DNA of 64,000 nt from Candidatus Limnocylindrales bacterium (GCA_035308445.1 DATGGQ010000029.1:33244-97243), one strand, 5' to 3'; shown: positions 46,521 through 57,562, counted from the stretch's first letter. Numbers and translations are program-made. Notes: a model not told the origin generated them from the letters alone.

Positions 46521-47351
46521 ATGCTGCGTGATCGCGCCCGGAGCGCGGCGATCCTCATCCCGCCGCTCCTCGTCGCGCTCTGGTTCGGCGAGCCGTGGAT
46601 CGCCCTCGTGGTCATCGTCGTCATCCTGCTCGCGGCCGTGGAGGCGTTCCGCCTCCTGTCAGCGGCTGGCCACGCGTCCTTCCCGACGCTCGGCGCGGTG
46701 CTCGCGATGGTCGTCGGGCTCGGGGACTCCGTCCGAGCCCTGTCGGGCGGCAGCGGCCTGCTGCTCCTCGGGGCCGGCGTCGTGCTCGTCGGGGTGGCCG
46801 CCGTCACGCGACCCGATCCGCGTGAAGGACTGGCGGCCTTCATGTCGACGATATCTGCCGCCCTGTACGTCGGCCTGCTGGGCTACGTCGACCGTCTGGC
46901 GAACGCGGGACCGTCGATCGACGCCACCGCCCCCCTGGGCTGGCTGGGCGCCGGCCGGGCCTGGGTCCTCATCCTGCTGCTCGCGGTCTGGACGTATGAC
47001 ACCGCCGCGTACTTCGTCGGACAGCGGTTCGGCCGGCGCCACTTCATCCCGCACATCTCGCCCGGCAAGACGGTCGAGGGCACGGTCGGCGGGCTGGTGG
47101 CCGCTGTCGTGGTCTGCGCGATCCTCGTGGCCGCGATCGGGCACTCGCTCGTCGCCGGCGCGCTGCTCGGTCTCGTCATCGGCTGCGCCGCCCAGGCCGG
47201 CGACCTCGTCGAGTCGATGCTCAAGCGCGCCGCGGGCGCGAAGGAGTCGGGAAGGCTGATCCCGGGCCACGGCGGCATGCTCGATCGGGTCGATTCGTTC
47301 CTGTTCGCGGCGCCGATCGCCTTCCTGTATGTCATCGCCGCGTTCCACTGA
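46521..47351 (+). CDS. cdsA: Phosphatidate cytidylyltransferase
   Basis: Polytopic; C-terminal signature SMLKRAAGAKESGRLIPGHGGMLDRVDS. Confidence 0.85.
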   Translation: MLRDRARSAAILIPPLLVALWFGEPWIALVVIVVILLAAVEAFRLLSAAGHASFPTLGAVLAMVVGLGDSVRALSGGSGLLLLGAGVVLVGVAAVTRPDPREGLAAFMSTISAALYVGLLGYVDRLANAGPSIDATAPLGWLGAGRAWVLILLLAVWTYDTAAYFVGQRFGRRHFIPHISPGKTVEGTVGGLVAAVVVCAILVAAIGHSLVAGALLGLVIGCAAQAGDLVESMLKRAAGAKESGRLIPGHGGMLDRVDSFLFAAPIAFLYVIAAFH

Positions 47352-48591
47352 CGGCCCGCCCGTCGGCGTCGCCGTTCTCGGCTCCACCGGCTCGATCGGC
47401 CGCCAGGCGATCGACGTCCTGGCCGGCAACGCTCGGTTCCGCGTCGTCGCGCTGGCGGCCGGCACGAACGCCGACCAGCTCGTCGAGCAGGCCCACCGCC
47501 TCCGGCCGGCGGCCGTCGCCGTGGCGGCACCGCGCTCCGGGCTCGCGCTGGAGGAGCGCCTCCCGCTCGGTACCGACGTCGAGCGCGGCGAGGACGCCCT
47601 GGTCGCGCTGGCCACGCGGCCGGACGTCGAGATCGTCCTGGTCGCCACCGGCGGGGTCGTGAGCCTGCGGCCCGTGCTGGCCGCCCTCGAGGCGGGCAAG
47701 GTCGTCGCGACGGCCAACAAGGAGACGCTGGTCGCGGGCGGGCATCTCGTGATGCCCCTGGCGCGTCGACGCGCGGCGGAGCGCGCGTCGATCGACCCCC
47801 GGGATCCGCTGGCCTCGCCGCTCGGCTGGCTGCGGCCGATCGACTCGGAGCACTCCGCAATCTGGCAGTGCCTGGTCGGCGAGGACCTCGCCCGCGTCGA
47901 CCGGCTGATCCTCACGGCATCCGGCGGGCCGTTCCTCGATCTCCCAGCCGAGGCCTTTGCCTCGATCACCCCGGCCGAGGCCCTCCGCCATCCGACGTGG
48001 ACGATGGGCCGCAAGATCACGATCGACAGCGCGACCCTCGCGAACAAGGGCCTGGAGGTCATCGAGGCCCACTGGCTGTACGATGCCCCGTACGAGGCGA
48101 TCGACGTCGTGATCCATCCGCAATCGATCGTCCATTCCGCCGTCCGCTTCTCCGACGGCTCCCTGAAGGCCCAGCTGGGCTCACCGGACATGCGCCTGCC
48201 GATCCAGTACGCCCTGACCCACCCCGATCGCGGACCCGCCGTGTCGCCGGCACCCGACCTCGCCGACGTCGGCCGGCTGGACTTCCGTGCCCCGGACGAG
48301 GCGCGATTCCCGGCGCTGCGGATCGCCCGCGAGGCGGGTCGGATCGGGCCATGGGCAACGACCGCGCTCATCGCCGCTGATGAGATCGCGGTGGAGCGGT
48401 TCCTCGCCGGGAGCCTCGACTTCCCGGGGATCCCGCAACTCCTCGAGGACGCGGTCGGACGATTTGGTCGAACACGCCGCACGGATCCGACTGTCGCCGA
48501 GCTGGTGAGCCTCGACGCCGAGGTCCGGGCACGCTACGCCGAGCCGGACCCGGCGCACGGACGGGGCCGGCGAAGGACTCGGCCCCATTGA
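47329..48591 (+). CDS. dxr: 1-deoxy-D-xylulose 5-phosphate reductoisomerase
   Basis: [34 protein letters not shown]. The ATG at 47329 overlaps the cdsA 3' end by 23 nt, so the start is uncertain. Confidence 0.85.
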   Translation: MSSPRSTDGPPVGVAVLGSTGSIGRQAIDVLAGNARFRVVALAAGTNADQLVEQAHRLRPAAVAVAAPRSGLALEERLPLGTDVERGEDALVALATRPDVEIVLVATGGVVSLRPVLAALEAGKVVATANKETLVAGGHLVMPLARRRAAERASIDPRDPLASPLGWLRPIDSEHSAIWQCLVGEDLARVDRLILTASGGPFLDLPAEAFASITPAEALRHPTWTMGRKITIDSATLANKGLEVIEAHWLYDAPYEAIDVVIHPQSIVHSAVRFSDGSLKAQLGSPDMRLPIQYALTHPDRGPAVSPAPDLADVGRLDFRAPDEARFPALRIAREAGRIGPWATTALIAADEIAVERFLAGSLDFPGIPQLLEDAVGRFGRTRRTDPTVAELVSLDAEVRARYAEPDPAHGRGRRRTRPH

Positions 48592-49694
48592 TGGACTACG
48601 GCAGCGCGCTCGTCGCCCTCATCCTCTTCATCGTGGTCGTCGGCGGCCTCGTCCTCGTCCACGAGGTAGGCCACTACCTCATCGCGAGGGCGTTCGGCAT
48701 CCGGGTCCTCGAGTTCGGCGTCGGCTTCCCGCCACGGGCAAGGATCCTGCGGGCCCGGGGCGAGACGCTCTGGACGCTCAACTGGCTGCCGATCGGCGGC
48801 TTCGTCCGGCTCGAGGGCGAGGACGGCGACGGGGCGGGCGATCCGCGGTCGTTCGCGGCCCAGCGGCTGCCGAGGCAAGTCGCGGTGCTCGTCGCCGGCG
48901 TCCTGATGAACGTCGTGCTGGCGTTCGTGCTGTTCGTCGGGATCGCCTGGCTCGCAACGCCGGTGGTCGGTGTCGCGATCCCGTCGGTCCAGCCGAATTC
49001 GCCGGCCTCGGGAGCCGGGCTCGTGGCCGGCGACGCCATCGTCGGGCTGAACGGCCGGACGTACGACCTGTACAGCGACTCGGACATCCTCTCGACGCTC
49101 CACGCCAGCGCCGGCCAGACCATCACGCTGACGATCCGGCATGCGGACGGCACGACCGCCGACGTCACGGTCACGCTCCGCCCAGCGAGCCAGGTCGACG
49201 AGACCCATGGCGCGCTCGGGATCGCCGCCACGCCGACCCACCCGTTCGAGGCAGTCTTTCTCAACCAGTACGACAGCCGGCCGCTCGGCGACGCGCTGGC
49301 GATCGGCGCCGCGGAGCTGCCACGCTGGGCCGGCCTGGTCGTATCGGGACTTGGCGACCTCGTCCACAGCATCGTCACGAACCCCTCGGCGCCGCCGCCG
49401 GCATCCGGCCCGATCGGCATCGCCGTCACGCTCGGCCAGGTCTTCGGCGAGACGGGGGTGATCGGCGTCCTGCTGCTCGCGGCCGTGCTCTCGATCAACC
49501 TTGCCGTCGTGAACATCCTGCCGTTCCCGCCGCTCGACGGCGGCCGGATCCTCGTCCTCGTCCTGAAGCGACTGGCCGGCCGCCGGATCAGCCTCCGGGC
49601 GGAACGGCTCACCTACGCGATCGGGTTCGTGATCCTCATCGGCTTCGTGATCTGGATCTCCGGCTTCGACATCAGCGGGCACCCGAGCCCGTGA
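48588..49694 (+). CDS. rseP: RIP (site-2) zinc metalloprotease RseP
   Basis: HEVGHY zinc motif, PDZ domain, [17 protein letters not shown]. Confidence 0.85.
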   Translation: MMDYGSALVALILFIVVVGGLVLVHEVGHYLIARAFGIRVLEFGVGFPPRARILRARGETLWTLNWLPIGGFVRLEGEDGDGAGDPRSFAAQRLPRQVAVLVAGVLMNVVLAFVLFVGIAWLATPVVGVAIPSVQPNSPASGAGLVAGDAIVGLNGRTYDLYSDSDILSTLHASAGQTITLTIRHADGTTADVTVTLRPASQVDETHGALGIAATPTHPFEAVFLNQYDSRPLGDALAIGAAELPRWAGLVVSGLGDLVHSIVTNPSAPPPASGPIGIAVTLGQVFGETGVIGVLLLAAVLSINLAVVNILPFPPLDGGRILVLVLKRLAGRRISLRAERLTYAIGFVILIGFVIWISGFDISGHPSP

Positions 49695-50986
49695 GCGCCG
49701 GCGTCCCCGATCCGAACCGCCTGAAGCCGCGCCGTCGGGCCACGCCCTCGGTCGACGTCGGCGGCGTGCTCGTGGGGAGCGCCCATCCCGTCGTCGTCCA
49801 GTCGATGACGAACACGGACACGGCCGACGCCGACGCCACCGCGATCCAGGTCGCGCGGCTCGCCCACGCCGGCAGCCAGCTCGTCCGCGTCACCGTGAAC
49901 AACGACGCCGCGGCGAAGGCGGTGCCGGAGATCCGCCGCAAGCTCGACGACCTCGGCGTCGGCGTGCCGGTCATCGGCGACTTCCACTACAACGGCCACC
50001 AGCTCCTGACCGAGCATCCGGCGATGGCCCGCGCCCTCGCGAAGTACCGGATCAACCCCGGCAACGTCGGCGCGAAGCGACACGACGAGCACTTCCAGAC
50101 GATCGTCCGGGTCGCGATCGACAACGACAAGCCCGTCCGGATCGGGGTCAACTGGGGCTCGCTCGACCAGGGGCTCCTGACCGATCTCATGAACGAGAAC
50201 GCAAAGCTGGCCGAGCCACGCGACGCGCGGGAGGTGCTGATCGAGGCGATCGTCCAGTCGGCGACCCGATCGGCGGAGCTGGCCGAGGCGACCGGCCTCC
50301 GGCACGATCGCATCATCCTCTCGGCCAAGGTGTCGGGGGTCCGCGATCTCGTCGACGTGTACCGGATCCTGGCTCGCCAGACCGACCTGCCGCTGCACCT
50401 CGGGCTGACCGAGGCGGGCATGGGCATGAAGGGCATCGTGGCGTCGACCGCCGGGCTGGCGATCCTGCTCGAGGAGGGGATCGGGGACACGATCCGCGTC
50501 TCGCTGACGCCGGCCCCGGGCGGCGACCGCGAGGAGGAGGTCCGCGTCGCCCAGCAGGTCCTGCAGTCGATGGGCCTCCGGGCGTTCCTGCCCCAGGTGT
50601 CGGCCTGCCCAGGCTGTGGCCGCACGACGTCGACGTTCTTCCAGGAGATGGCCGAGCAGGTCCAGGGCTATCTCCGCGACCGGATGCCGGAGTGGCGAGA
50701 GACCCATCCCGGCGTCGAGGAGCTCACCGTGGCCGTCATGGGCTGCGTCGTGAACGGGCCGGGCGAATCGAAGCATGCGGACATCGGGATCTCGCTGCCG
50801 GGCACGTTCGAGGAGCCGGTCGCCCCCGTGTTCATCGACGGCCGGCTGGACCGGACGCTCCGGGGCGACGGCCTCGTGGCCGAGTTCACCGACATCCTCG
50901 AGGACTACGTCGATCGGCGCTTCCCGGCGACGGGTGGCGGCGGGGCGGGGGTCAGCGACCGAGGAGGAGCAGCAGCCCGCAGATGA
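49691..50986 (+). CDS. ispG: 4-hydroxy-3-methylbut-2-enyl diphosphate synthase (flavodoxin type)
   Basis: [16 protein letters not shown] cluster ligands, [11 protein letters not shown]. Gly-rich C-terminal tail overlaps the convergent gene. Confidence 0.9.
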   Translation: MSAGVPDPNRLKPRRRATPSVDVGGVLVGSAHPVVVQSMTNTDTADADATAIQVARLAHAGSQLVRVTVNNDAAAKAVPEIRRKLDDLGVGVPVIGDFHYNGHQLLTEHPAMARALAKYRINPGNVGAKRHDEHFQTIVRVAIDNDKPVRIGVNWGSLDQGLLTDLMNENAKLAEPRDAREVLIEAIVQSATRSAELAEATGLRHDRIILSAKVSGVRDLVDVYRILARQTDLPLHLGLTEAGMGMKGIVASTAGLAILLEEGIGDTIRVSLTPAPGGDREEEVRVAQQVLQSMGLRAFLPQVSACPGCGRTTSTFFQEMAEQVQGYLRDRMPEWRETHPGVEELTVAVMGCVVNGPGESKHADIGISLPGTFEEPVAPVFIDGRLDRTLRGDGLVAEFTDILEDYVDRRFPATGGGGAGVSDRGGAAARR

Positions 50987-51609
50987 TCGCGAGGCCCGCG
51001 GCGGCGAACGCCGGGGTCATGATCCGGAAGGTCAGCCGGCGGAGGGTCACCCCGCCGTGGCGAGTCCGATACTCGGCGTCCAGCCGGAGGCTGTCGGCCA
51101 TGGACTGGACACGACGCGGGGCGCCGTGGACCTGGCGGAGCCGGGCAATCTCGGCGCGGTGCGCGGCCACCGTCCCGGCGACCGTCGTGTCGACGTACCG
51201 GGCGACGTAGTCGGGCCGGTCGATGACCTCGCCGCGCGGGTAGTTCGTCTGCAGCCAGGCCCAGTCGGCGAACGCCGTGTAGCAGGCCATCAGGGCGGGG
51301 AGGAGCCGCATCGGCACGACCGCGACGTAGGTCTCGCCGGTCTCGTCGGCCCAGGTCCACTCGAACCGCCGCCCTCCGTCCGGCAGGACGATCGTCCGCT
51401 CGCCGATCCGGTGGAATCCGAGCGCCTCCAGCTGGTCGAGGACGTGGGCGACGGGGGTGGCGGCGGGATCTCCAGTGGGCCGGCGTCGGCCAGCCGGCGC
51501 GTCTTCGATCCGGCATAGATCGCCCACGCCCGCATGGCCGGCGGCACGAACCGGAGCAGCAGCAGGATGGCCAGGGCGAGCCCTGCGAGCTCGAGCGTCC
51601 GTTCGGGCA
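50952..51609 (-). pseudogene. Probable frameshifted gene for a ~219-aa bitopic membrane protein (N-terminal and C-terminal TM helices), in the slot where rimP normally sits
   Basis: Frame B (from ATG 51609) gives MPERTLELAGLALAILLLLRFVPPAMRAWAIYAG... and then degenerates into Pro/Ser junk. Frame A (ending 50952) is protein-like from ...VAHVLDQLEALGFHRIGER... to a C-terminal TM ([22 protein letters not shown]). The two frames switch near a CCGCCGCCACCCCCG run at about 51470-51500. On its strand a TACGAT box lies 8 nt before ATG 51609. Confidence 0.35.
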
Positions 51610-51635
51610 TCGGGCGGCATCGTACGCGGTCGGGT

Positions 51636-51641
51636 GTATAC
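51636..51641 (+). promoter_or_regulatory. Putative -10 box TATACT of the nusA-infB operon leader
   Basis: GGGTGTATACTCCCGGGG; motif family member. Confidence 0.35.
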
Positions 51642-51668
51642 TCCCGGGGAGCTCGAATGGCCGCCTCG

Positions 51669-51698
51669 ATACGTGGGTGACCCCCACGTATTTTTTTC
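51669..51698 (+). terminator. Intrinsic terminator (9-bp stem ATACGTGGG/CCCACGTAT plus T7 run) inside the nusA 5' leader; likely NusA-responsive attenuator
   Basis: Hairpin followed by TTTTTTT read directly. This is the only long T-run in a strongly GC-rich window; it lies 50 nt upstream of the nusA ATG and about 30 nt downstream of the putative -10. Confidence 0.6.
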
Positions 51699-51749
51699 GG
51701 CGGCGATGGATCGGACACACGACGCTGACGACTGGAGGGCGGCACGACC

Positions 51750-52967
51750 ATGAGTCGGGATTTCGTCGGCGCCCTCCTCCAGCTGAATGCCGAGAAGCAG
51801 GTTCCCCGTGAGCAGCTGATCCGGACGGTGGAGGAGGCCATCGCGATGGCCTATCGCCGGATCGCGAACGAAGAGGACATCCACGTCCAGATCAACGGCG
51901 ACACCGGCGGCATCCGTGTGTACCGCGCCCGCTGGGCGGTCGACGAGGTCGAGGACCCGCTGACCCAGTTCAGCCTCGATGAGGCCCGGGCCATCAAACC
52001 CGACGTCCAGCGCGGCGAGCTCGTCGAGACGGAGCAGCTCGACGGCGAGGCGTTCGGCCGGATCGGCGCCCAGACCGCGAAGCAGGTCGTGCTGCAGCGC
52101 CTCCGCGAGGCGGAGCGCGACGTCGTCTTCGACCAGTTCGCGAGCCGCGAGGGCGAGCTCGTGAACGGCACGGTCAACCGCGTCGAGCCGCGGGCGATCA
52201 TCCTCGACATGGGCAAGGGCGTCGAGGCGATCCTCGCCACGACCGAGCAGAGCCCCCTCGAGCACTACCGCATCGGCCAGAACGTCAAGGCCTACGTCCT
52301 CGAGGTCCGCCGCACGCCGCGCGGGCCGGCGCTCTTCGTGAGCCGGACGCACAAGGGCTTCCTGAAGCGCCTGTTCGAGCTCGAGGTTCCCGAGATCCAC
52401 AACGGCACCGTCGAAATCCGGGCGATCGCCCGCGAGGCGGGCAGCCGCTCGAAGGTCGCGGTCGGCTCGCGTCAGGAGGGGCTCGACCCGGTCGGCGCGA
52501 CGGTCGGCCAGCGCGGCGCGCGAGTCCAGGCCGTCGTCGCCGAGCTCGGCGGGGAGAAGATCGACGTCATCCCGTGGAGCGAGGACCCGTCCCAGTTTGT
52601 CGCCAACGCGCTCTCGCCGGCGCAGGTCCTGTCCGTGGACATCGACCAGGAGCACCGGATCGCGAACGTGACGGTGCCCGAGCGGATGCTGTCGCTCGCG
52701 ATCGGCCGAGAGGGCCAGAACGCGCGGCTCGCCGCCCGCCTCACGGGCTGGCGCATCGACATCCGCAGCGATGTGTCGGTTGCCGAGGCGAAGGCCGCCG
52801 CCGCTGCGGCCGCAGCGGCCCCGAGCGTCGAGCCCGCGATCGAGCCGCCGTCGAACAGCAAGGCCCCGGCCGAGGCGGCGGAGGCTTCTGACAGTGCGGC
52901 CGCGCCGGCGCCCAGGAAGCGGGCCAGCCGTGCCAAGGCCAAGGCATCGGAAGAGGTGTCGTCGTAG
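51750..52967 (+). CDS. nusA: Transcription termination/antitermination factor NusA
   Basis: N-terminal domain, S1, two KH domains (AIGREGQNARLAARLTGWRIDI); Ala/Lys-rich C-terminal tail; SD GGAGGG. Confidence 0.9.
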   Translation: MSRDFVGALLQLNAEKQVPREQLIRTVEEAIAMAYRRIANEEDIHVQINGDTGGIRVYRARWAVDEVEDPLTQFSLDEARAIKPDVQRGELVETEQLDGEAFGRIGAQTAKQVVLQRLREAERDVVFDQFASREGELVNGTVNRVEPRAIILDMGKGVEAILATTEQSPLEHYRIGQNVKAYVLEVRRTPRGPALFVSRTHKGFLKRLFELEVPEIHNGTVEIRAIAREAGSRSKVAVGSRQEGLDPVGATVGQRGARVQAVVAELGGEKIDVIPWSEDPSQFVANALSPAQVLSVDIDQEHRIANVTVPERMLSLAIGREGQNARLAARLTGWRIDIRSDVSVAEAKAAAAAAAAAPSVEPAIEPPSNSKAPAEAAEASDSAAAPAPRKRASRAKAKASEEVSS

Positions 52968-52981
52968 GCGCCGGAGCCGCG

Positions 52982-53266
52982 GTGGCGGCCCGTCCCCGTC
53001 GCCCCACGACCCGATCGTGCGTGGCCTGCCGAACGTCGCGCGACAAGCGCGAGCTCCTGCGGGTCGTCCGAACGCCGGCCGGCGAGGTGCGTCTCGATCC
53101 CACGGGGCGGCTGAACGGCCGCGGCGCATACGTGGATTCCAACCCGGCCTGCATCGACGGCGCCGTCGATCGCGGCCTGCTGGCGCGCGCCCTCGAGACC
53201 GACCTGCCGGCCGGCCTCCGAGCGGACCTGCTCGCCGCCACCGGAGGCAGCCATGGCCAGGAGTAG
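52982..53266 (+). CDS. ylxR: YlxR-family (DUF448) RNA-binding protein
   Basis: RSCVACRTSRDKRELLRVV...GRGAYV signature; conserved position between nusA and infB. Confidence 0.8.
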   Translation: MAARPRRPTTRSCVACRTSRDKRELLRVVRTPAGEVRLDPTGRLNGRGAYVDSNPACIDGAVDRGLLARALETDLPAGLRADLLAATGGSHGQE

Positions 53267-55154
53267 GAGCGGCACCCGCGGCCGACGCGGACCCCGCAAG
53301 CCCCAGCGCCGCGACGGCGCCTTCCAGCAGGCGGCCGTGCAGGTCGCCGATCCGCGCGAGCGCGGCGCGGTCGAGCTGCCGCCGACCATCACGGTCAAGG
53401 AGCTGGCCGAGCTGCTGAGCGTCAACCCGGCGGACGTGATCCGGGAGCTGATCAAGAGCGGCATCTTCGCAACGATCAACCAGCTCATCGATCGAGACAC
53501 CGCCTCGCTCGTGGCCGGCGAGCTCGGCTATGAGGTCGCCGAGCCCCAGGCCGTCTCGTCGACGAACGGCGAGGATCGATCCGAGGCGCCATCGGAGGCG
53601 GTCAAGGAGGCGCTCTTCACCGAGGAGGACGGCGCCGACCTCGTGACGCGTGCCCCGATCGTGACCGTCATGGGCCACGTCGATCACGGCAAAACGAGCC
53701 TCCTCGACGCGATCCGCAAGACCGAGGTCGCGGCGGGGGAGCGGGGTGGCATCACCCAGCACATCGGCGCGAGCGAGGTCCATCGCGGCGACCGCCGGGT
53801 CGTGTTCCTCGACACCCCCGGCCACGAGGCCTTCACGGCGATGCGGGCCCGCGGTGCGAAGGTCACCGACGTGGCCGTCGTCGTCGTCGCCGCCGACGAC
53901 GGGGTAATGCCCCAGACCCTCGAAGCGATCAGCCACGCGAAGGCCGCCCAGGTCCCGATCATCGTGGCCCTCAACAAGATCGACAAGCCGGATGCCAACC
54001 CGGACCGGGTGAAGACCGACCTCACCGAGGCCGGGGTCGTCATCGAGGAGTACGGCGGTGACACGCCACTCGTGCCCGTCTCGGCACGGACGGGCGTCGG
54101 GCTCGACGACCTCGTCGACATGATCCTGCTCGTCTCGGACCTGCAGGAGCTGAAGGCCAACCCGAAGCGGGCGGCGATCGGCACGATCGTCGAGGCTCGG
54201 ATGGACAAGGGCCGTGGTCCCGTGGCGACGGCGCTGGTCCAGACCGGGACGCTCCGCGTCGGCGACGTCATCGTCGTGGGCGAGACGTTCGGCCGCGTCC
54301 GGGCGCTCGAGAACGAGCACGGCAAGCGCGTCTCGAAGGCCGGCCCCGCGACGCCGGTCGTCGTGCTCGGCCTGTCCGAGGTCCCGGAGGCTGGCGACAT
54401 CCTGCGCGTCGTCGCCGACGAGAAGGCCGCCCGGACGATGGTCGAGGCCCGCCGGGCCGAGCTTGCCTCGAAGGGCGGCGAGGGGAGCGGCCGGGCGACG
54501 CTCGAGGACCTGTACCGCCAGATCCAGGCGGGCCAGGCGAAGGAGCTTCGGATCATCCTCAAGGCCGACGTCTCGGGCTCGCTCGGCGCGATCCGCCATG
54601 CGCTCGAGCAGCTCCCGACCGACGAGGTGAAGCTGAACATCCTCCACGAGGGTGCCGGCGAGATCAGCGACAACGACATCCTGCTGGCCTCGGCGTCGAA
54701 CGCCATCGTCGTCGGCTTCAACACGTCCATCAGCGACACGGCCCGCCGGGCCGCCGCTCAGGAGAAGGTCGACGTTCGCCTGTACGACATCATCTACCAG
54801 CTCACCGACGACATCACCAAGGCCCTCGGCGGCATGCTCGAGCCCGAGCAGGTCGAGGTGGTCGAGGGTCGGGCCGAGGTGCGCCAGCTCATCAAGGTCG
54901 GCAAGAGCACCGTCATCGCGGGCTCGTACGTGACGGACGGCCGCATCGTCCGCGGCGGGGCACGCATCTGGCGCGGCGGCAAGGTCATCGCGACGGACCG
55001 GATCGAGTCGCTGCGCCGCTTCCGCGACGACGTCCGCGAGGTCCAGACCGGCTTCGAGTGCGGCATCGGCCTGGCCGGCTTCAGCGACCTCGAAGAAGGC
55101 GACATCATCGAGTGCTTCACGTCGCAGACCGTCAGCCGGTCCCTGACGGCCTGA
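53253..55154 (+). CDS. infB: Translation initiation factor IF-2 (short N-terminus)
   Basis: GHVDHGKTSLLD, DTPGHEAF, NKIDK G-domain motifs; C-terminal beta-barrel domains. Confidence 0.95.
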   Translation: MARSRSGTRGRRGPRKPQRRDGAFQQAAVQVADPRERGAVELPPTITVKELAELLSVNPADVIRELIKSGIFATINQLIDRDTASLVAGELGYEVAEPQAVSSTNGEDRSEAPSEAVKEALFTEEDGADLVTRAPIVTVMGHVDHGKTSLLDAIRKTEVAAGERGGITQHIGASEVHRGDRRVVFLDTPGHEAFTAMRARGAKVTDVAVVVVAADDGVMPQTLEAISHAKAAQVPIIVALNKIDKPDANPDRVKTDLTEAGVVIEEYGGDTPLVPVSARTGVGLDDLVDMILLVSDLQELKANPKRAAIGTIVEARMDKGRGPVATALVQTGTLRVGDVIVVGETFGRVRALENEHGKRVSKAGPATPVVVLGLSEVPEAGDILRVVADEKAARTMVEARRAELASKGGEGSGRATLEDLYRQIQAGQAKELRIILKADVSGSLGAIRHALEQLPTDEVKLNILHEGAGEISDNDILLASASNAIVVGFNTSISDTARRAAAQEKVDVRLYDIIYQLTDDITKALGGMLEPEQVEVVEGRAEVRQLIKVGKSTVIAGSYVTDGRIVRGGARIWRGGKVIATDRIESLRRFRDDVREVQTGFECGIGLAGFSDLEEGDIIECFTSQTVSRSLTA

Positions 55155-55193
55155 GGTGACGCGCCGCGACCTGAGCGCTCCCGGGGTGTCCCG

Positions 55194-55613
55194 ATGACCC
55201 AGCGCACGGACCGGATCGACGAGCAGCTCAGGCAGGAGATCGGGGCGATCCTGGCCCGCGAGATCAGCGACCCGCGGATCGGCTTCGCGACGGTGACCGA
55301 CGTCGAGACCGTACCGGACCTTAGCCACGCGAAGGTCTGGATCAGCGTCATCGGCCAGCCCGCCGAGCGCCGGGAGACGGCTCGCGCCCTGACCCATGCG
55401 CTGCCGTACATCCGGCGGCAGCTCGGCTCGCGCCTGCACCTCCGCCGGATCCCGGAGCTGCACCTTGAGCTGGACGAGACCGCGGAACGGGGGACACGGG
55501 TCCTCAAGCTGATCGAGGAGCTCGAGGCCGGCCGGACACCGGACGAGCAGGTGACGGCGGGCGAGACCCTGCCGACGCCGGTGAAGCGGATCCAGCACGA
55601 GGGCGACGCGTGA
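55194..55613 (+). CDS. rbfA: Ribosome-binding factor A
   Basis: RIDEQLRQEIGAILAREISDPRIGFATVTDVE... Confidence 0.9.
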   Translation: MTQRTDRIDEQLRQEIGAILAREISDPRIGFATVTDVETVPDLSHAKVWISVIGQPAERRETARALTHALPYIRRQLGSRLHLRRIPELHLELDETAERGTRVLKLIEELEAGRTPDEQVTAGETLPTPVKRIQHEGDA

Positions 55614-56626
55614 CGATCGACCTCGGGCCGTGGCTCGGCGAGGTCCCGGAGCGGGCCGCCGAGCGGATCGCGGCCGGCCGGCGCGTCCTCATCGCCAGCC
55701 ACGAGAACCCCGACGCGGACACCCTCGGGGCGGCGCTCGGGGTCGCGGCAATCGTCGAGCAGCACGGCGGACGCACGCAGCTGCTGTGCGCCGACACCAT
55801 CCCGCCGCTGTACGACTTCCTGCGCGGGGTCGAGCGGTTCCGGACCGACCCGGATCCGGAATTCGGGCCCGACCTGCTCGTCGTCTGCGACTGCGGCGCC
55901 CTGGACCGCCTCGGCAGCCTCGGCGAACGCCAGGCGACGCTGTTCGCGAGCCTGCCGCGGGTCATCGTCGACCACCACGCCTCGAACACGGAGGGCGGGG
56001 CGGACGACTGGGTCGATCCGCAGGCCGCGGCGACGTGCGAGATGGTGGCGCTGCTCGCGGCTAAGCTGGCCGTGCCGCTCGACTCGGGCGGCGGCGCCCT
56101 CGCCACGGCGCTCATGGCCGGCGTGGTGATGGACACCGCGACTTTCGCCCACCCAAATGCGACGCCGCGGACGCTGGCGGTGTCGGCCGCGCTCGTCGAC
56201 GCGGGCGCACCGCTGGCGGACATCTCCCGCCGGCTCTACCGCTCGAAGCCGGACGCCCAGCTGAAGCTCCTCGGCCGGGCGCTGCATCGGCTCGAGACGG
56301 CGGCCGACGGGCGGATCGTCTGGTCGACGCTGCGGACCGCCGATCACGCCGAGACGGGGGCGCTGCCGTCCCACTCGGAGGGCATCATCGACCTCCTCTC
56401 GCAGTCGGAGACCGCCGAGGTCGCCATCCTCTTCAAGGAGGTCGACGCGAGCTCGACGCGGGTGTCGGTCCGGACGCGAGACGGCGGCCTCGACGCCACC
56501 CGCCTGACCGGTGCCTTCGGCGGGGGCGGTCACGCTCGGGCCGCCGGCGCGACGGTGCGGGCCGCGCTGCCCGACGCCGAGCGCCAGGTCCTCGCCGAGG
56601 CCGAGCGCCTCCTCGCCGCGGGCTGA
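55610..56626 (+). CDS. nrnA: DHH-family bifunctional oligoribonuclease / pAp phosphatase NrnA
   Basis: HENPDADTLGAA (DHH motif I), DHH at VIVDHHASN, C-terminal DHHA1 GGGH. Confidence 0.85.
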   Translation: MTIDLGPWLGEVPERAAERIAAGRRVLIASHENPDADTLGAALGVAAIVEQHGGRTQLLCADTIPPLYDFLRGVERFRTDPDPEFGPDLLVVCDCGALDRLGSLGERQATLFASLPRVIVDHHASNTEGGADDWVDPQAAATCEMVALLAAKLAVPLDSGGGALATALMAGVVMDTATFAHPNATPRTLAVSAALVDAGAPLADISRRLYRSKPDAQLKLLGRALHRLETAADGRIVWSTLRTADHAETGALPSHSEGIIDLLSQSETAEVAILFKEVDASSTRVSVRTRDGGLDATRLTGAFGGGGHARAAGATVRAALPDAERQVLAEAERLLAAG

Positions 56627-56629
56627 CCC

Positions 56630-57562
56630 GTGCCCCAGCCTCGGACGAGCCGGATGAGCGGCGTCCTCGTTGTCGCGAAGCCCGCCGGTCCCACCTCGCA
56701 CGACGTCGTGGCGCTCGTCCGGCGACTGGCGGCGTCGAAGCGGATCGGGCACGGCGGCACGCTCGATCCGTTCGCCTCGGGCGTCCTGCCGCTGTTCCTC
56801 GGCGGGGCGACGCGGCTCGTGGAATACCACCTCGGCGACCCGAAGACCTACCGCGCGACGATCTGCTTCGGCGCCTCGTCGACGACCGACGACCTCGACG
56901 GCGAGCTGACGCCGGTCACTGGACCCGTGCTCGGTCGGGGTCAACTGGAGAACGCCCTGTCGGGCTTCCTGGGAGTGCAGCTCCAGCGGCCGCCGGCGTA
57001 TTCGGCCGTCCAGGTCGGCGGGCGGCGGGCCTATGCGATGGCCCGAGCGGGGGAGACGCCGACCCTGAGCCCTCGCGAGGTCACGATCCACGCGCTCCGG
57101 CTCGTCGACTGGGACGACGCCGACCAGAGCCGGCCCGTGGCGATCGTCGAGGTCGAATGCTCCGCGGGCACCTACGTCCGCGCTCTCGCCCGGGACCTCG
57201 GGGCGCGCCTCGGGTCGGGTGCGTACCTGTGCGGCCTCGTGCGCACGGCCTCGGGGCCGTTCAGCCTCGATGACGCGCGCCCGCTCGACGCGATCCGTGA
57301 GGCGGCGGCATCGGGCGGCGCCGATGCCATCCAGGCCATGCTGCTGCCGTCGGACACCGGGCTCGACGCGATCCCCGCGCTCCGGCTGACGGACGCCGAG
57401 GTGGCCGACGCGACGATGGGCCGCTACTTCCGACCGGAGGCCGGGGTCGGCGGGGTTCCGGCCGCCGGCCCGGTGCGGCTCCAGGATCCTCGCGGCCGGA
57501 TCGTGGGCATGGGCCGGCTGGACGGCCGCCGGATCGTGCCCGACAAGATGCTCGTGTCGTGA
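56630..57562 (+). CDS. truB: tRNA pseudouridine(55) synthase
   Basis: [17 protein letters not shown]...GHGGTLDP... (catalytic Asp), PUA-like C-terminus. Confidence 0.9.
   Translation: MPQPRTSRMSGVLVVAKPAGPTSHDVVALVRRLAASKRIGHGGTLDPFASGVLPLFLGGATRLVEYHLGDPKTYRATICFGASSTTDDLDGELTPVTGPVLGRGQLENALSGFLGVQLQRPPAYSAVQVGGRRAYAMARAGETPTLSPREVTIHALRLVDWDDADQSRPVAIVEVECSAGTYVRALARDLGARLGSGAYLCGLVRTASGPFSLDDARPLDAIREAAASGGADAIQAMLLPSDTGLDAIPALRLTDAEVADATMGRYFRPEAGVGGVPAAGPVRLQDPRGRIVGMGRLDGRRIVPDKMLVS

Noticed and set aside
50952-55598. 1548-aa minus-strand ORF
   Set aside because: Antisense to nusA, ylxR, infB and rbfA, which have unambiguous motifs. The composition is Arg/Ala/Gly/Pro-rich as expected for a stop-poor antisense frame in GC-rich DNA. 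Only its last ~120-220 codons (50952-51609) look genuinely coding.
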